Shown here: one piece after another, positions 10,611-19,720 of the stretch | How the letters are laid out: each line of letters starts with the position of its first letter | Position numbering within the stretch: position 1 is the first letter of the stretch | The notes under the pieces: model-generated | Seen by the model: only the letters and a program-made list of their open reading frames with translations | Told to the model about the DNA's origin: nothing | The model's database searches: none | Assembly: GCA_963733095.1 (NCBI GenBank) | Contig: CAVTBV010000012.1 | Location: 224,001-288,000, forward strand | DNA: 64,000 nt | DNA from: Candidatus Bathyarchaeota archaeon | GTDB taxonomy: Archaea; Thermoproteota; Bathyarchaeia; Bathyarchaeales; Bathycorpusculaceae | Reading direction: 5' to 3' | Made by a program: the position numbers and the translations under genes

Positions 10611-11224
10611 CTAAGATGGACAAAATCAGGAAAGCTTTCACATTATTCCTAATCCTTATTATCGCTATGTTAAGTCTAACCTTCCTAACTGTTAAGGCAG
10701 ATTCAAATCAGCCAATCACTTTCTCTTCGGGACTTACCCTATATTCACCAATAAATACAACATACAATTCTAACGTTGTAGAATGCAACGGTACGTTCAA
10801 TTGGCCAAAGCCTTCCCAAGTCTCCTTAAATTACAGTATTGACGGCGAAGACCAAGGTGCCTTACTTTGGAGCCTTGATGTGAATTCCATTTCTATCCCA
10901 GAATATTCTACGATAGCTGGGTCATTTCAGTTACCCCAACTGCCAAATGGGCCACATCAATTAAGCGTTGGAATTGACGAAGAACTCTATAATAACACTG
11001 GTTCAGCGCACGAATTAATTAACCAAACCACTTGGGTTAATACAGTCTATTTTACAATAAGTGCAAATCAACCCACGCCAACCCCAACTCCTACTGTTCC
11101 AGAACTAACTTATTGCACACTTCCAAGTGTAGTCATTTTTGGAATCATAACCGCATTATCCTTAGTTTTCAAAAAAGTAGGTCATCCTTTTGAAGGTCAA
11201 GATGCGTGCGCCGATGGCGCTTAA
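10607..11224 (+). CDS. Surface protein whose PEF-CTERM tail is interrupted by the integrated element (chimeric C-terminus)
   Basis: Signal peptide, Ig-like domain, PTPTPTVPE then element-derived sequence; native tail found in frame at 25539-25634. Confidence 0.75.
   Translation: MTKMDKIRKAFTLFLILIIAMLSLTFLTVKADSNQPITFSSGLTLYSPINTTYNSNVVECNGTFNWPKPSQVSLNYSIDGEDQGALLWSLDVNSISIPEYSTIAGSFQLPQLPNGPHQLSVGIDEELYNNTGSAHELINQTTWVNTVYFTISANQPTPTPTPTVPELTYCTLPSVVIFGIITALSLVFKKVGHPFEGQDACADGA
11096..11103 (+). repeat. Left 8-bp direct repeat GTTCCAGA (attL core / target duplication)
   Basis: Identical to 25539-25546; joining the two copies restores an intact VPEF-TM-basic tail. Confidence 0.7.
11108..11123 (+). 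repeat. Subterminal repeat ACTTATTGCACACTTC
   Basis: 16/16 identical to 25484-25499; core TTGCACACTT occurs three times at the right end. Confidence 0.8.
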
Positions 11225-11331
11225 AGGGTACCCACGTCTTTTGAGGTAGTTGGCAATTTAAAAGCGGACAAATCACTGCGGTTCTTTAGTTTCCTCAAAA
11301 CTTTTAAATAAGTCAGCCAAGAGTAAGCCGT

Positions 11332-11766
11332 ATGGGTACAATAATAGGTGCAGTTTTTCCTGTTTCTGAGGAGCATGCGAGACGAATATTTGATGAAAAA
11401 CGAAACATTTTTGCGAAATATACAAAGATGATTTGTCTCAGCAAGAAATCAAAAATAGTTTTCTATGTTACTGGAGGTGGCGGCATAATTGGTGAAGGTA
11501 CCGTAGAAAATACAGAGAAGCTTGAACCAGAACTTGCATGGAAAACTTATAGAGAACGACTCTTTCTTGATTTGAATGAATACGAGCAATACACTTTGCT
11601 ATCGCCCATTAGCAAAAGAACGAGGACTTCCCCACAAATCACAATTTTTGTTTTGAATCAAATTAAAAAGTATAAGCAGAGCAGTCGTCCAAACTTTAGC
11701 GTCACACCTTCGGGGAAATATCTTACAAGAGAGGAATATCTTGAAGTTACGAGAACAAAACCCTGA
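11332..11766 (+). CDS. DUF365/ASCH-like PUA-fold protein
   Basis: GAVFPV...KIVFYVTG...IIGEG...LFLD..EY pattern typical of archaeal DUF365. Confidence 0.65.
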   Translation: MGTIIGAVFPVSEEHARRIFDEKRNIFAKYTKMICLSKKSKIVFYVTGGGGIIGEGTVENTEKLEPELAWKTYRERLFLDLNEYEQYTLLSPISKRTRTSPQITIFVLNQIKKYKQSSRPNFSVTPSGKYLTREEYLEVTRTKP

Positions 11767-11780
11767 CTAGTTAGAATGGA

Positions 11781-14700
11781 CTAACCTTCTTCCATTCTCT
11801 TGATAATTTTAGTAGTTTCCAAGCTCACGGTAACTACTTTTTGTATTAATTCAATAACATATCCTTTGTAGTCTTCAAAACTGTAATTGTTGAAGTTTTT
11901 ACGAAGAGTCTCGCTCTTAGGAGTTTTCTCCTTATATTGGTCAAGAATCCATTCAACAGCTGTTCGGTTTCTAATTTTGTAAGCCCAAGTTTGTTTAGGT
12001 ATGCCTTTCAAGGTAGTTATGTCATCTATTGCTATTTCACCCTTATTTCTGTTTGCCAAGAGTCTGGGTTTATTGTTTTGGATATTTTTTGTTTCTTTGT
12101 CAATTCTTTCAAGCGGATAGATAGGGGCGTTTTCAAAATCGATATGAAGGTTAATCAATTGTTGACCCCAATTTTCCCATTTCCAAAAGTCTTTCATAAG
12201 GGGAATTCTTGGCAATTGCCTTTTCAAGTCAGCATCGTATTTTTGACAGTACTTAGGCGAATGAAGAATTGCGTAAACATAATTAAAAATTGAGTCACTA
12301 CTGATTTCATCGTCCTTGTATTGTTCTCTAAAAACTCTTATCGCCCATTCTGTAACGTTCTTGCTCCATTTTTTACCATTGTTAAAGAAATAAGGTACTG
12401 CCTGAGTGTTCTCAACGAGGTCTTTGCTAAAAAGACGATTTGATATAAGCACTGAGAAGGGCGTCGATGAACCAACACCTGAGAAACAAATTACCTTGTT
12501 ATTTCTGTTTAAATCATCCCCGAAAATTTTGTAATGGTTTCTAGTCAGAAAGTCCGATAAATCTTTGTCGGAATAATACAATTTCTTAACATACGGGCGG
12601 TAGTTAAATTCAATTATCGATTTTCCGTCAAAATTAAGGCTAACTCTGCGAGGAATTTTATCCTTAAGCGCTCTGCTCCATTGAATATCATATTTTAGAG
12701 CATTGCCTAAATTCTCTGGTTTAACATCTCTCAATCGTTTGAGTTGCGAATTGTATGATTCTACAAAATATTGAATTTTGTCAGCAATGTTTGACTCGTC
12801 AAAATCAAAAACCCATTCATCCCTATTTGTAGATACTCCAATGGTGTAAAAAGTGAAAATTGACAAGTCATTATCTTTTTCAGGGACTAACGGAAGCAAA
12901 TCATCAAAGTCATTATCCTGAATATTTAGCCAGTTCCCTTTCTTGTCGGGCGTTATATGAACAAACGGAACATTTTCAACTTTATTACTTGCAAACCATC
13001 TCAGCTTCTCTTCCCTTCGCTGCTCATCCTCTAATGCAAAATATTGAATCATGCAAGGTTTTTTTAACGACTCTTTGCGAACAAGAAACATTATAGCAAT
13101 GCCTAATTGTATGCCAAAAACATTATGGACAGTGCCTGACAGTTTTGGGTTTTCACGAATATCACTTTTTGTATCAATGATATATTGCATAATCAAATTC
13201 ATTTGCAATGTGCTTTCTAAAGCCATCATATGTATAGCTATCAATAAATGACCTGTTTGTTATGAAAGCGATAATTCCATTATTGCCAATTCGGTCAGAT
13301 GCCCAACGATAGAACCTTGCATAAGGGTCATAAACTTTAGTTTTCGTTGCTCGGCTGTCTTTGACATAAGTTTCTTTTATTCTTTTATCTATAAACGGGT
13401 ATTTACGGTTTGGATTATTTTCGTTAACCACGGATTGGTTAGCGTTGTAGGGGGGGTTACCTATTATCACTGAAATCTTTTTCTTATTTTGTCTTTTAAT
13501 TCGCTCAATGTTTTCTTCTCCAATATTATACAAGCTCACCTGCTTGTTTTTGAAGTGAAAACCTGTATTGTCAAGCGTATCGACAAAGCAAATATTCTCA
13601 AACGGTTCATATTTTTGAGTTTTTTGCTTATAGGTAAATTCGATATTAAGATTGGCTATATAATAAGGAAGTATTTCAACTTCATTGCAATGAATCTCGT
13701 TTTTATACTTGTATTCTAAAGCCGCTGTTGGTATTTGTTCAATTAATTCAGTGATGAAAGTGCCTGTTCCCGTTGCGGGGTCAAGTATCTCGACGTTGGA
13801 ATCGGATAATACTCTTCCGAAGTGTGTACAGAGAAGGTGGTCTGCAGTCCTAATCATAAACTGCACAATTTCATTAGGCGTGTATATGATGCCTAGGCGG
13901 TCAGCTGCTTTGGGGTTGTATGTCTTGTAAAATAATTCATATAGAAGTTTTAAGAATTTTTGCTTTTCATGATGGTCTTCAATATTTGAAGCTGCTGCCT
14001 TTATCGCAAGGTAGTAATGGTCAATAAGTCCTAAGGTATTTTTCTTTATTTTTCCAAAGAAGAACGTGTCTGAGACTTTTTCGAGTTCTTTGGCTATTGT
14101 GTTTTCTTTGTGAAATTGAGATTCATTAAAAATAGTAATGAAGATTTCTTCTGTGAGAATGTGCTGGATAAGCATTTCCCTAACATCTGAACAAGTGATT
14201 TTTGGATTAATCGTTAGTTGACAGAGTGCAAGCAGGTCATCCCTTGCTTTCTTAAAGACTGGATTCTTTTTCGCTTCAGAGTCAATTAATTCTCTGAGGG
14301 CGTCCAAGATAGGCGGCAAATCTTCTTTGAATTTTTCTATGGCTCTATGGAAGTCGGCAATCTCGGGGCGTTCGTAATCAACAAAGCGTTGGAGAATCTG
14401 GTCTAACTTAGCTGGGTCTTTCATTGAAACGCGATTTCTTTCAAAACCCTGCTGGATTAGTACAATAGTCTGTGAATCTTCGAAGATAATGTTTGAGGTC
14501 GGGTATCCTTTCCCAATCTTCTTTTCAATTTCTTTGTCTAAATCGTCATATTCATCTTTGCTTTCCCAATAGCCTACATCTAAGCGCAATGCATCTTTGA
14601 CTGTTCCATCTGGTGTAACTGTATTTCCTTTTTTTGACTTGTAGTCAATTTCGGGTATCAACAAGAGATTTTTCGATTTGCAGTAATAATTAAGGAGATT

Positions 14701-14820
14701 CGCAAATTCTGAACGCAGAGACATTTCTCTCTTACTGCCGCTATACTGTTTGACCTTATCAACGGCGTTATAATATTCTTCAATTAGATGCATGGTCATC
14801 GGCATCAGACTGCTTGGCAA
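11781..14820 (-). pseudogene. Single-chain restriction-modification enzyme (Type IIG/ISP-like: PD-(D/E)xK nuclease + N6-adenine MTase + target-recognition domain), split by a frameshift near 13185
   Basis: PDG...WESKD, DPATGTGTF, IGNPPY; ORF1 ends EFDYAIYH* while ORF2 frame continues YIIDTKSDIRENPK...HNVFGIQ; removing one A joins them. Confidence 0.8.
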
Positions 14821-14915
14821 TTATGTTGTGTTAGCTTTTAAGCTTTAACTTGAAACCGACTAAGACTTTGGCAAAATTTTTTAAAGAAGTCAACCAATTT
14901 TAGAGACGAATAGCT

Positions 14916-15179
14916 ATGTTGAGTGAAAGAGAAGCAAGATGCCCAGAATGCGGCTCTCCATTGGTTGTTTCAGTTGAGAAAAATAAGCGAACGGGTAAAT
15001 TACAAATAAGATTTTTCTGCGATGGAGATTATGATGATAAGTTCGATTTTGTCATACTTACGGAATTAAAAAACGAGGACTTAGATTCGCTCCTTCGAAA
15101 GAAGGGAAAGGTCGTATCGCAGTCTGTGGGCTTAAAGCTTCTTGATAGAAAAAGCGACCCTGAAATTGAACTGGCTTAA
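14916..15179 (+). CDS. Small Zn-ribbon protein
   Basis: CPECG N-terminal motif; TATA-like TTTTTTAAA upstream. Confidence 0.55.
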   Translation: MLSEREARCPECGSPLVVSVEKNKRTGKLQIRFFCDGDYDDKFDFVILTELKNEDLDSLLRKKGKVVSQSVGLKLLDRKSDPEIELA

Positions 15180-15333
15180 CCCCGCATGGTGACTGATTCG
15201 TCATTGTAGAGTTGCTTTTTTCCCTTTGTTGTCTGAGAGAAGCATATTTGCATTTTCCAGCTTACGGTTGACATTGGCGTTGCAATTAAAGTATTAAATA
15301 GGTAGAACTGTGATACCAGCCTATTAGGTCTGA

Positions 15334-16098
15334 TTGATGAGCGACGCTTCCAGCCCGCTTTCTGTTGTGGGCGTAATTTCAGAACCAGTAAAAGCTTTGA
15401 TTGTTTCAATAAGAAAACACAGGGAAAAGGAGCTTATTCAAAGCAGGTTTGTGAACGCCTTGGAAAGCGAAGCTTCTGCTTACTTAGCGGCAATGAACAA
15501 AATGTCGGCGTATGGAAATGAGCGAATTACGCCTAAGCTCTTGGAAATAAAGTCAATTCCAACAAAGAGACAGATAACTGAGGTAATGATAATGGCATCG
15601 GAAATACCCTTGTTTTGTAAGGAACTCCTGATTGCCTTTATCAATTTAGCAAAGGCGTGTAGCGAAATCTCCGAAAATGAAGCCTTCATGAAATCACTTC
15701 AGCAAATCCCTGAGCAATTCGATTTCATCAAGCGAATGGCAGCCATTTATGTAAAAGACAATACGGCAGCCATAAACGGGGCATACTTTCGTTATTTCAA
15801 AATCTACGGAAAACCAGTCTCAAGTCTCGAGCTATATTCGCAGGAGTCCGCCAAAATCGAAGAAATCAGGAAATCACTGGTCTTAATCAAGAAGTGGGGA
15901 GCGTTGGCAAGGAAAAATAGAGTTCGTCTGAGCAGAAAAATTGGTTTGCGATTCCTTAGGAACTTAGAGACGCTTGGAAAGATAACGGTATGTGTGAAGA
16001 TAGAAGCCTATAGCTATGTTGATTTGAATGATTATTTGCCTCCTGCTCTTGAGCCGCTACTATCTCTCGTTGATGGAATCCGCTATGGAATCAGCTAA
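15334..16098 (+). CDS. Hypothetical protein
   Basis: 254-aa ORF, no recognised motif. Confidence 0.55.
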   Translation: MMSDASSPLSVVGVISEPVKALIVSIRKHREKELIQSRFVNALESEASAYLAAMNKMSAYGNERITPKLLEIKSIPTKRQITEVMIMASEIPLFCKELLIAFINLAKACSEISENEAFMKSLQQIPEQFDFIKRMAAIYVKDNTAAINGAYFRYFKIYGKPVSSLELYSQESAKIEEIRKSLVLIKKWGALARKNRVRLSRKIGLRFLRNLETLGKITVCVKIEAYSYVDLNDYLPPALEPLLSLVDGIRYGIS

Positions 16099-16141
16099 CT
16101 GTCAACAGAGCTATCGTTGGTTTTTCTAAAAGTTGGGTCTG

Positions 16142-16300
16142 GGGATTAAAATTTAATCTTTCTCTCTCTCTCGAACTCAAACTCTACGACTACGACTGAC
16201 TAATTCTTTATCACTAACTAACACACACTCTTTCGTTAGCTCGTTAGTTCGTTCGTTAGTTAGCTCGTTCGCTCGCTAACAGACAAACAGACAAACAAAA
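16142..16300 (+). repeat. Left terminal inverted repeat (~155 bp)
   Basis: 16142-16171 matches reverse complement of 21900-21929 at 29/30; 16206-16230 is a perfect 25-bp inverted copy of 21817-21841. Confidence 0.92.
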
Positions 16301-16308
16301 GAAACTTG

Positions 16309-17274
16309 TCAACGAGTTTTTCTCTTGAAAATTGAGACTGCTAATGTCAATACCGCCATTATGATTGCTATGACAATGATGAAAGGAAACTCTGGAACTG
16401 AAGAAATAGGTGTTGGCAAAGGTGTTGACGTAAAAATAGATGCTTGACTCATTTGAGGAAAATGGTCTATGTTAGTCCCGTTTATAACGTAAGGTGTGTT
16501 TCCTATTCCCGAACTATCAACCATAGTAGCATTAGGGTATTTTGATTGGTAGTCACTCCAATAGTTGCCAACCTTGCCGTTATCCCAAGTGTTAACAGAA
16601 TCCGAATCGACTTCTGCTCCATGGTCATTGTTTATGAAGTTATTATCATAGATAGAGTTGCTTGAAGAAGTTTCTAAAATAATCCCTGCACTATAATAGC
16701 CCCAACCATTCGAATTGTCGGTTAAGTAGTTCTGAACAATCGAGTTATGATGGCTTTCTGACAGTAATATGCCAAACATACCACTCTTAATAGTATTCCT
16801 GACAATCGTTACTGAACTGCTATTCTCAATCAAAATTCCACCGATCATTCCAAAGGGCGTGACGGCACTTGTTATAGTTGTATTTGTAATTTCTATATCA
16901 GATGTATCATTTAAGACAATAATAATTGACCCTGTGTTTGTAATTGATAAGTTTTGAACTGTAACGTTTGTCACTGAAAGCATGGAAATCTGTCCGTTAG
17001 TAAGAATATGACTGTCACCGTCAATTATTATGTTACTTTTTTGAACTGTAAATACAGTTGTGTCCATGTCACTTGTGAAAGTATAGATGTTACCTGTTTG
17101 CTTAATTAGAGGTGTTGAGGGACTTACGTTTCCATCTGCATTTATTATAAAAAAGCTTTGAGTTTGAGCGTTTGTAGGTTTAACTACCAGCAAGGTCAAA
17201 CATGATGTAGCGATAATGAGAATTAGGAATAATACGAAAGTCTGGCTGATTCTACTCTTGCTTATTTTTTGCAT
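16309..17274 (-). CDS. NosD/CASH right-handed beta-helix surface protein with PEF-CTERM tail
   Basis: Signal peptide, parallel beta-helix repeats, NTWDNGKVGNYWSDY motif, SVPEFPF-TM-KRKTR. Confidence 0.85.
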   Translation of the reverse strand: MQKISKSRISQTFVLFLILIIATSCLTLLVVKPTNAQTQSFFIINADGNVSPSTPLIKQTGNIYTFTSDMDTTVFTVQKSNIIIDGDSHILTNGQISMLSVTNVTVQNLSITNTGSIIIVLNDTSDIEITNTTITSAVTPFGMIGGILIENSSSVTIVRNTIKSGMFGILLSESHHNSIVQNYLTDNSNGWGYYSAGIILETSSSNSIYDNNFINNDHGAEVDSDSVNTWDNGKVGNYWSDYQSKYPNATMVDSSGIGNTPYVINGTNIDHFPQMSQASIFTSTPLPTPISSVPEFPFIIVIAIIMAVLTLAVSIFKRKTR

Positions 17275-17311
17275 TGTCTACCTTCATCTAAACAATTAAC
17301 AGAGGCAACGG

Positions 17312-17365
17312 CTTATAGTTCTATTCAAAGAACAGACAAATAGTGGTTTGTTCCAAAATGGAACA
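17312..17365 (-). promoter_or_regulatory. Promoter module with TGTTCCA-N3-TGGAACA palindrome and TGAATAGAACTATAAG
   Basis: Homologous to 9516-9570. Confidence 0.6.
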
Positions 17366-17387
17366 GTCTTACAACAAAGTTTCTTGA

Positions 17388-18446
17388 CTAACTCGACTTA
17401 TATTGGATTTGACTGATTATTCTTGGTACCCATTCTTTCTTTTCGTTTCTCAGATACTTCGCAAACGACAGAGCCTCTTCGCTAATCAACGTATCAATCG
17501 TTTGTCTTTTTCCAACTTTAATTCGTTCAACGTTAACCATTCGGTCAAACAAGGCGTTCAAATCTTCAGCTAAACTGTCAGTCTCATACTCTTTCAAGTG
17601 AATTTTCTTACCCATCTTGAGGTGCATCATGAAATCTGTGACAAGAACAAAGTCTTTCTTTCTGAGTTTTTGACAGCGTTCAATCAGGAAGCCATCAATC
17701 AGATAGCGGTAGAGTTCTTGGAAATCGCATACTAAACTTGGTTTACCATGTTGGACGGAATGCAAGAATCCTAAATACGGTTCTAATTTTGCTTTCAATA
17801 ATGCTTTGTGTACTCTGCACTCTAAAACGTAATAGGCAAAGTTGAAAACATTATTCAATCCATCATAAGCCTTGTATGTTTCTCTGCTTTCAGGTCTAAT
17901 GCTTTCAGGGAAAAGTTGGAAAATCTTCGAGAAATAATCTTGTGCGCTTCTTCCTTCAATTCCTGTGAGTTTTTGCCTTGTCTGTTTCAAATTAGAAAAT
18001 TCCAATCTTGTAATTTCGCTTAGGTAAAACGAGTTTTTAGAATAGTCGAGTCCATACTTTTTTAGAACAGCGATTTCTCCTTTGATTTTGGCAATGACAA
18101 ACTGTTTAGCTATGTCGATGCATTTTTCTTCATCAAGAACTGCTTGATATTGGCTTAGTCTTGTTTCAACGTGAGAATCATCTTCAACATTTTTGAGCAA
18201 GGCTACAACTCGGTTTCTTCTTGTCACTATGTATGTGTCGATATTCCAGAGTGCAAGATCAACCAACGCGTCAACGCTGACGTAGGAACCGCTTTTGAGG
18301 ACAGCTTCGCCTATTTCCTTTTTGAAATGTGGGTAGCGTTCTGTTTTTCCAGTTTTTTCTCTAACTTCAAAACATCCTTCAGCTCTACCAAGATAAGAAC
18401 CATAGTTTGATAGTTCAACCTTCAAAGTTTTAGAACCCTGAACCAT
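17388..18446 (-). CDS. cas1: Solo Cas1 endonuclease/integrase (putative casposase)
   Basis: YGSYLG N-terminus; catalytic E in LTGIEG, N..FNFAY, H in EPYLGFLH, acidic residues in SLVCDFQELYR; no obvious C-terminal HTH. Confidence 0.93.
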   Translation of the reverse strand: MVQGSKTLKVELSNYGSYLGRAEGCFEVREKTGKTERYPHFKKEIGEAVLKSGSYVSVDALVDLALWNIDTYIVTRRNRVVALLKNVEDDSHVETRLSQYQAVLDEEKCIDIAKQFVIAKIKGEIAVLKKYGLDYSKNSFYLSEITRLEFSNLKQTRQKLTGIEGRSAQDYFSKIFQLFPESIRPESRETYKAYDGLNNVFNFAYYVLECRVHKALLKAKLEPYLGFLHSVQHGKPSLVCDFQELYRYLIDGFLIERCQKLRKKDFVLVTDFMMHLKMGKKIHLKEYETDSLAEDLNALFDRMVNVERIKVGKRQTIDTLISEEALSFAKYLRNEKKEWVPRIISQIQYKSS

Positions 18447-19102
18447 TAAGCATTCCTCTTTTCTACTTCTTTTATAAACCTGTTAAGAATATTCACATAT
18501 CTGCTAGAGTTTTCTCTTTCTGCAATGAACTGCTTTCTAAGGTTTCTTAGCATGCCAACTTGTGACTGTCCAACATATTTTTCTTTTAATTTGGTAGCCT
18601 TTGCTTTAAGCACTGATTCTTTTTGAGTACTCTGTTTTTTTATTTGCTCAAGAAGAGCTTCTGCGAATGAGATATTGAATATTCTGTTAAAGTAATTTTC
18701 ATCGAAGAATTTTGTGTTAATCTTATGCCTCATTCTTAAGAGTGTATCCGCAAAAATAATATCGATATGAGTTTCTGACAAAAATGAAGGAGGCAAATCT
18801 TCGTAACCTTTGCTTAACTCTTTTTCCATCGCCTTGATTAATTCGTCCTTTTGCAGGTCTCCGTCAATTATGAGAATCGCTAATCCTTTAGCTGATAATT
18901 CAGGTTTAGCGGTTCCTCTTGCATCTTGTTGCCCATTCTTTCTGGCACCACATCGCGACTTCAAGATGCCCTCTTTTTGCATTTTTTTTATGTGACGATA
19001 AACAGTTGCATAATTTGTCCCATTCAATGATTTTTCTAGGCTATACATGCTTTTTTTAGAGCTTAGAAGCGAAATGAGGATTTCTTTATCGATTCTATTC
19101 AT
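18446..19102 (-). CDS. Winged-helix (ArsR-like) DNA-binding protein translationally coupled to cas1
   Basis: EILISL...SMYSLEK...YATVYRHIKKMQKEGIL; TAATG stop/start overlap with cas1. Confidence 0.75.
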   Translation of the reverse strand: MNRIDKEILISLLSSKKSMYSLEKSLNGTNYATVYRHIKKMQKEGILKSRCGARKNGQQDARGTAKPELSAKGLAILIIDGDLQKDELIKAMEKELSKGYEDLPPSFLSETHIDIIFADTLLRMRHKINTKFFDENYFNRIFNISFAEALLEQIKKQSTQKESVLKAKATKLKEKYVGQSQVGMLRNLRKQFIAERENSSRYVNILNRFIKEVEKRNA

Positions 19103-19115
19103 TTTTTACGCCTTT

Positions 19116-19179
19116 TTGAATATATTCAATTCACGACATGAATATATTCATAAGATGTATATATGCTTTGTTACAAAGC
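19116..19179. promoter_or_regulatory. Operator-like palindromes in the divergent promoter
   Basis: TTGAATATATTCAA (19116-19129), ATGAATATATTCAT (19138-19151), GCTTTGTTACAAAGC (19165-19179). Confidence 0.65.
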
Positions 19180-19196
19180 TAAGTCTGTGAAAAAAC

Positions 19197-19343
19197 ATGA
19201 AAACAATCCATCAAACCTTCACAGATGAAGAGTTCGAAAAGTTACATTCTGCGAAGGGACAAAAAAGTTGGCATGACTTCGTTATGAAGTTAGCCAAAAC
19301 AAAATACAATAGTTTTTTGCCTAAAAAGGAGAATAAAAAATGA
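19197..19343 (+). CDS. Small ribbon-helix-helix-like protein (48 aa, below ORF-track cut-off)
   Basis: MKTIHQTFTDEEFEKLHSAKGQKSWHDFVMKL; ATGA overlap with next gene. Confidence 0.6.
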   Translation: MKTIHQTFTDEEFEKLHSAKGQKSWHDFVMKLAKTKYNSFLPKKENKK

Positions 19344-19720
19344 ATGAATACAGAAAACGCTCGGGTTCAACACTAAGGGAATACAACATTAACGTTGTTG
19401 TGGAAAAACTGAGACATGGCATGAACGAAACTGACGTATTAAATGAATTAGCAATGGCGTTCTGTCCCGATACAAGAATAGATTATTTGAACACAGCAAA
19501 AGAAAAATTGAAAATGGAAACTCAAAACTCGACCAAATCTGAATCCCCTAACAATATGGAACCTGAATCATCTGAATCATTCATGGAATACGCTAAGAAG
19601 CATCCGCACACAACAAGCACATGTAAAAATTGCGGTAAACCTACGCCTGAAAATACAACTTTCTGCTCTAAAGCATGCGTAGAACAATACAAAGCTAAAG
19701 CGGAGACTGACAAAACATGA
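19340..19720 (+). CDS. Hypothetical protein with C-terminal Zn finger (DUF2116-like)
   Basis: CKNCGKPTPENTTFCSKAC. Confidence 0.65.
   Translation: MNEYRKRSGSTLREYNINVVVEKLRHGMNETDVLNELAMAFCPDTRIDYLNTAKEKLKMETQNSTKSESPNNMEPESSESFMEYAKKHPHTTSTCKNCGKPTPENTTFCSKACVEQYKAKAETDKT

Noticed and set aside
16142-16300. Repetitive DNA near cas1 as a CRISPR array
   Set aside because: Units are 2-6-bp microsatellites without repeat-spacer periodicity and are mirrored at 21738-21929, so they are TIRs
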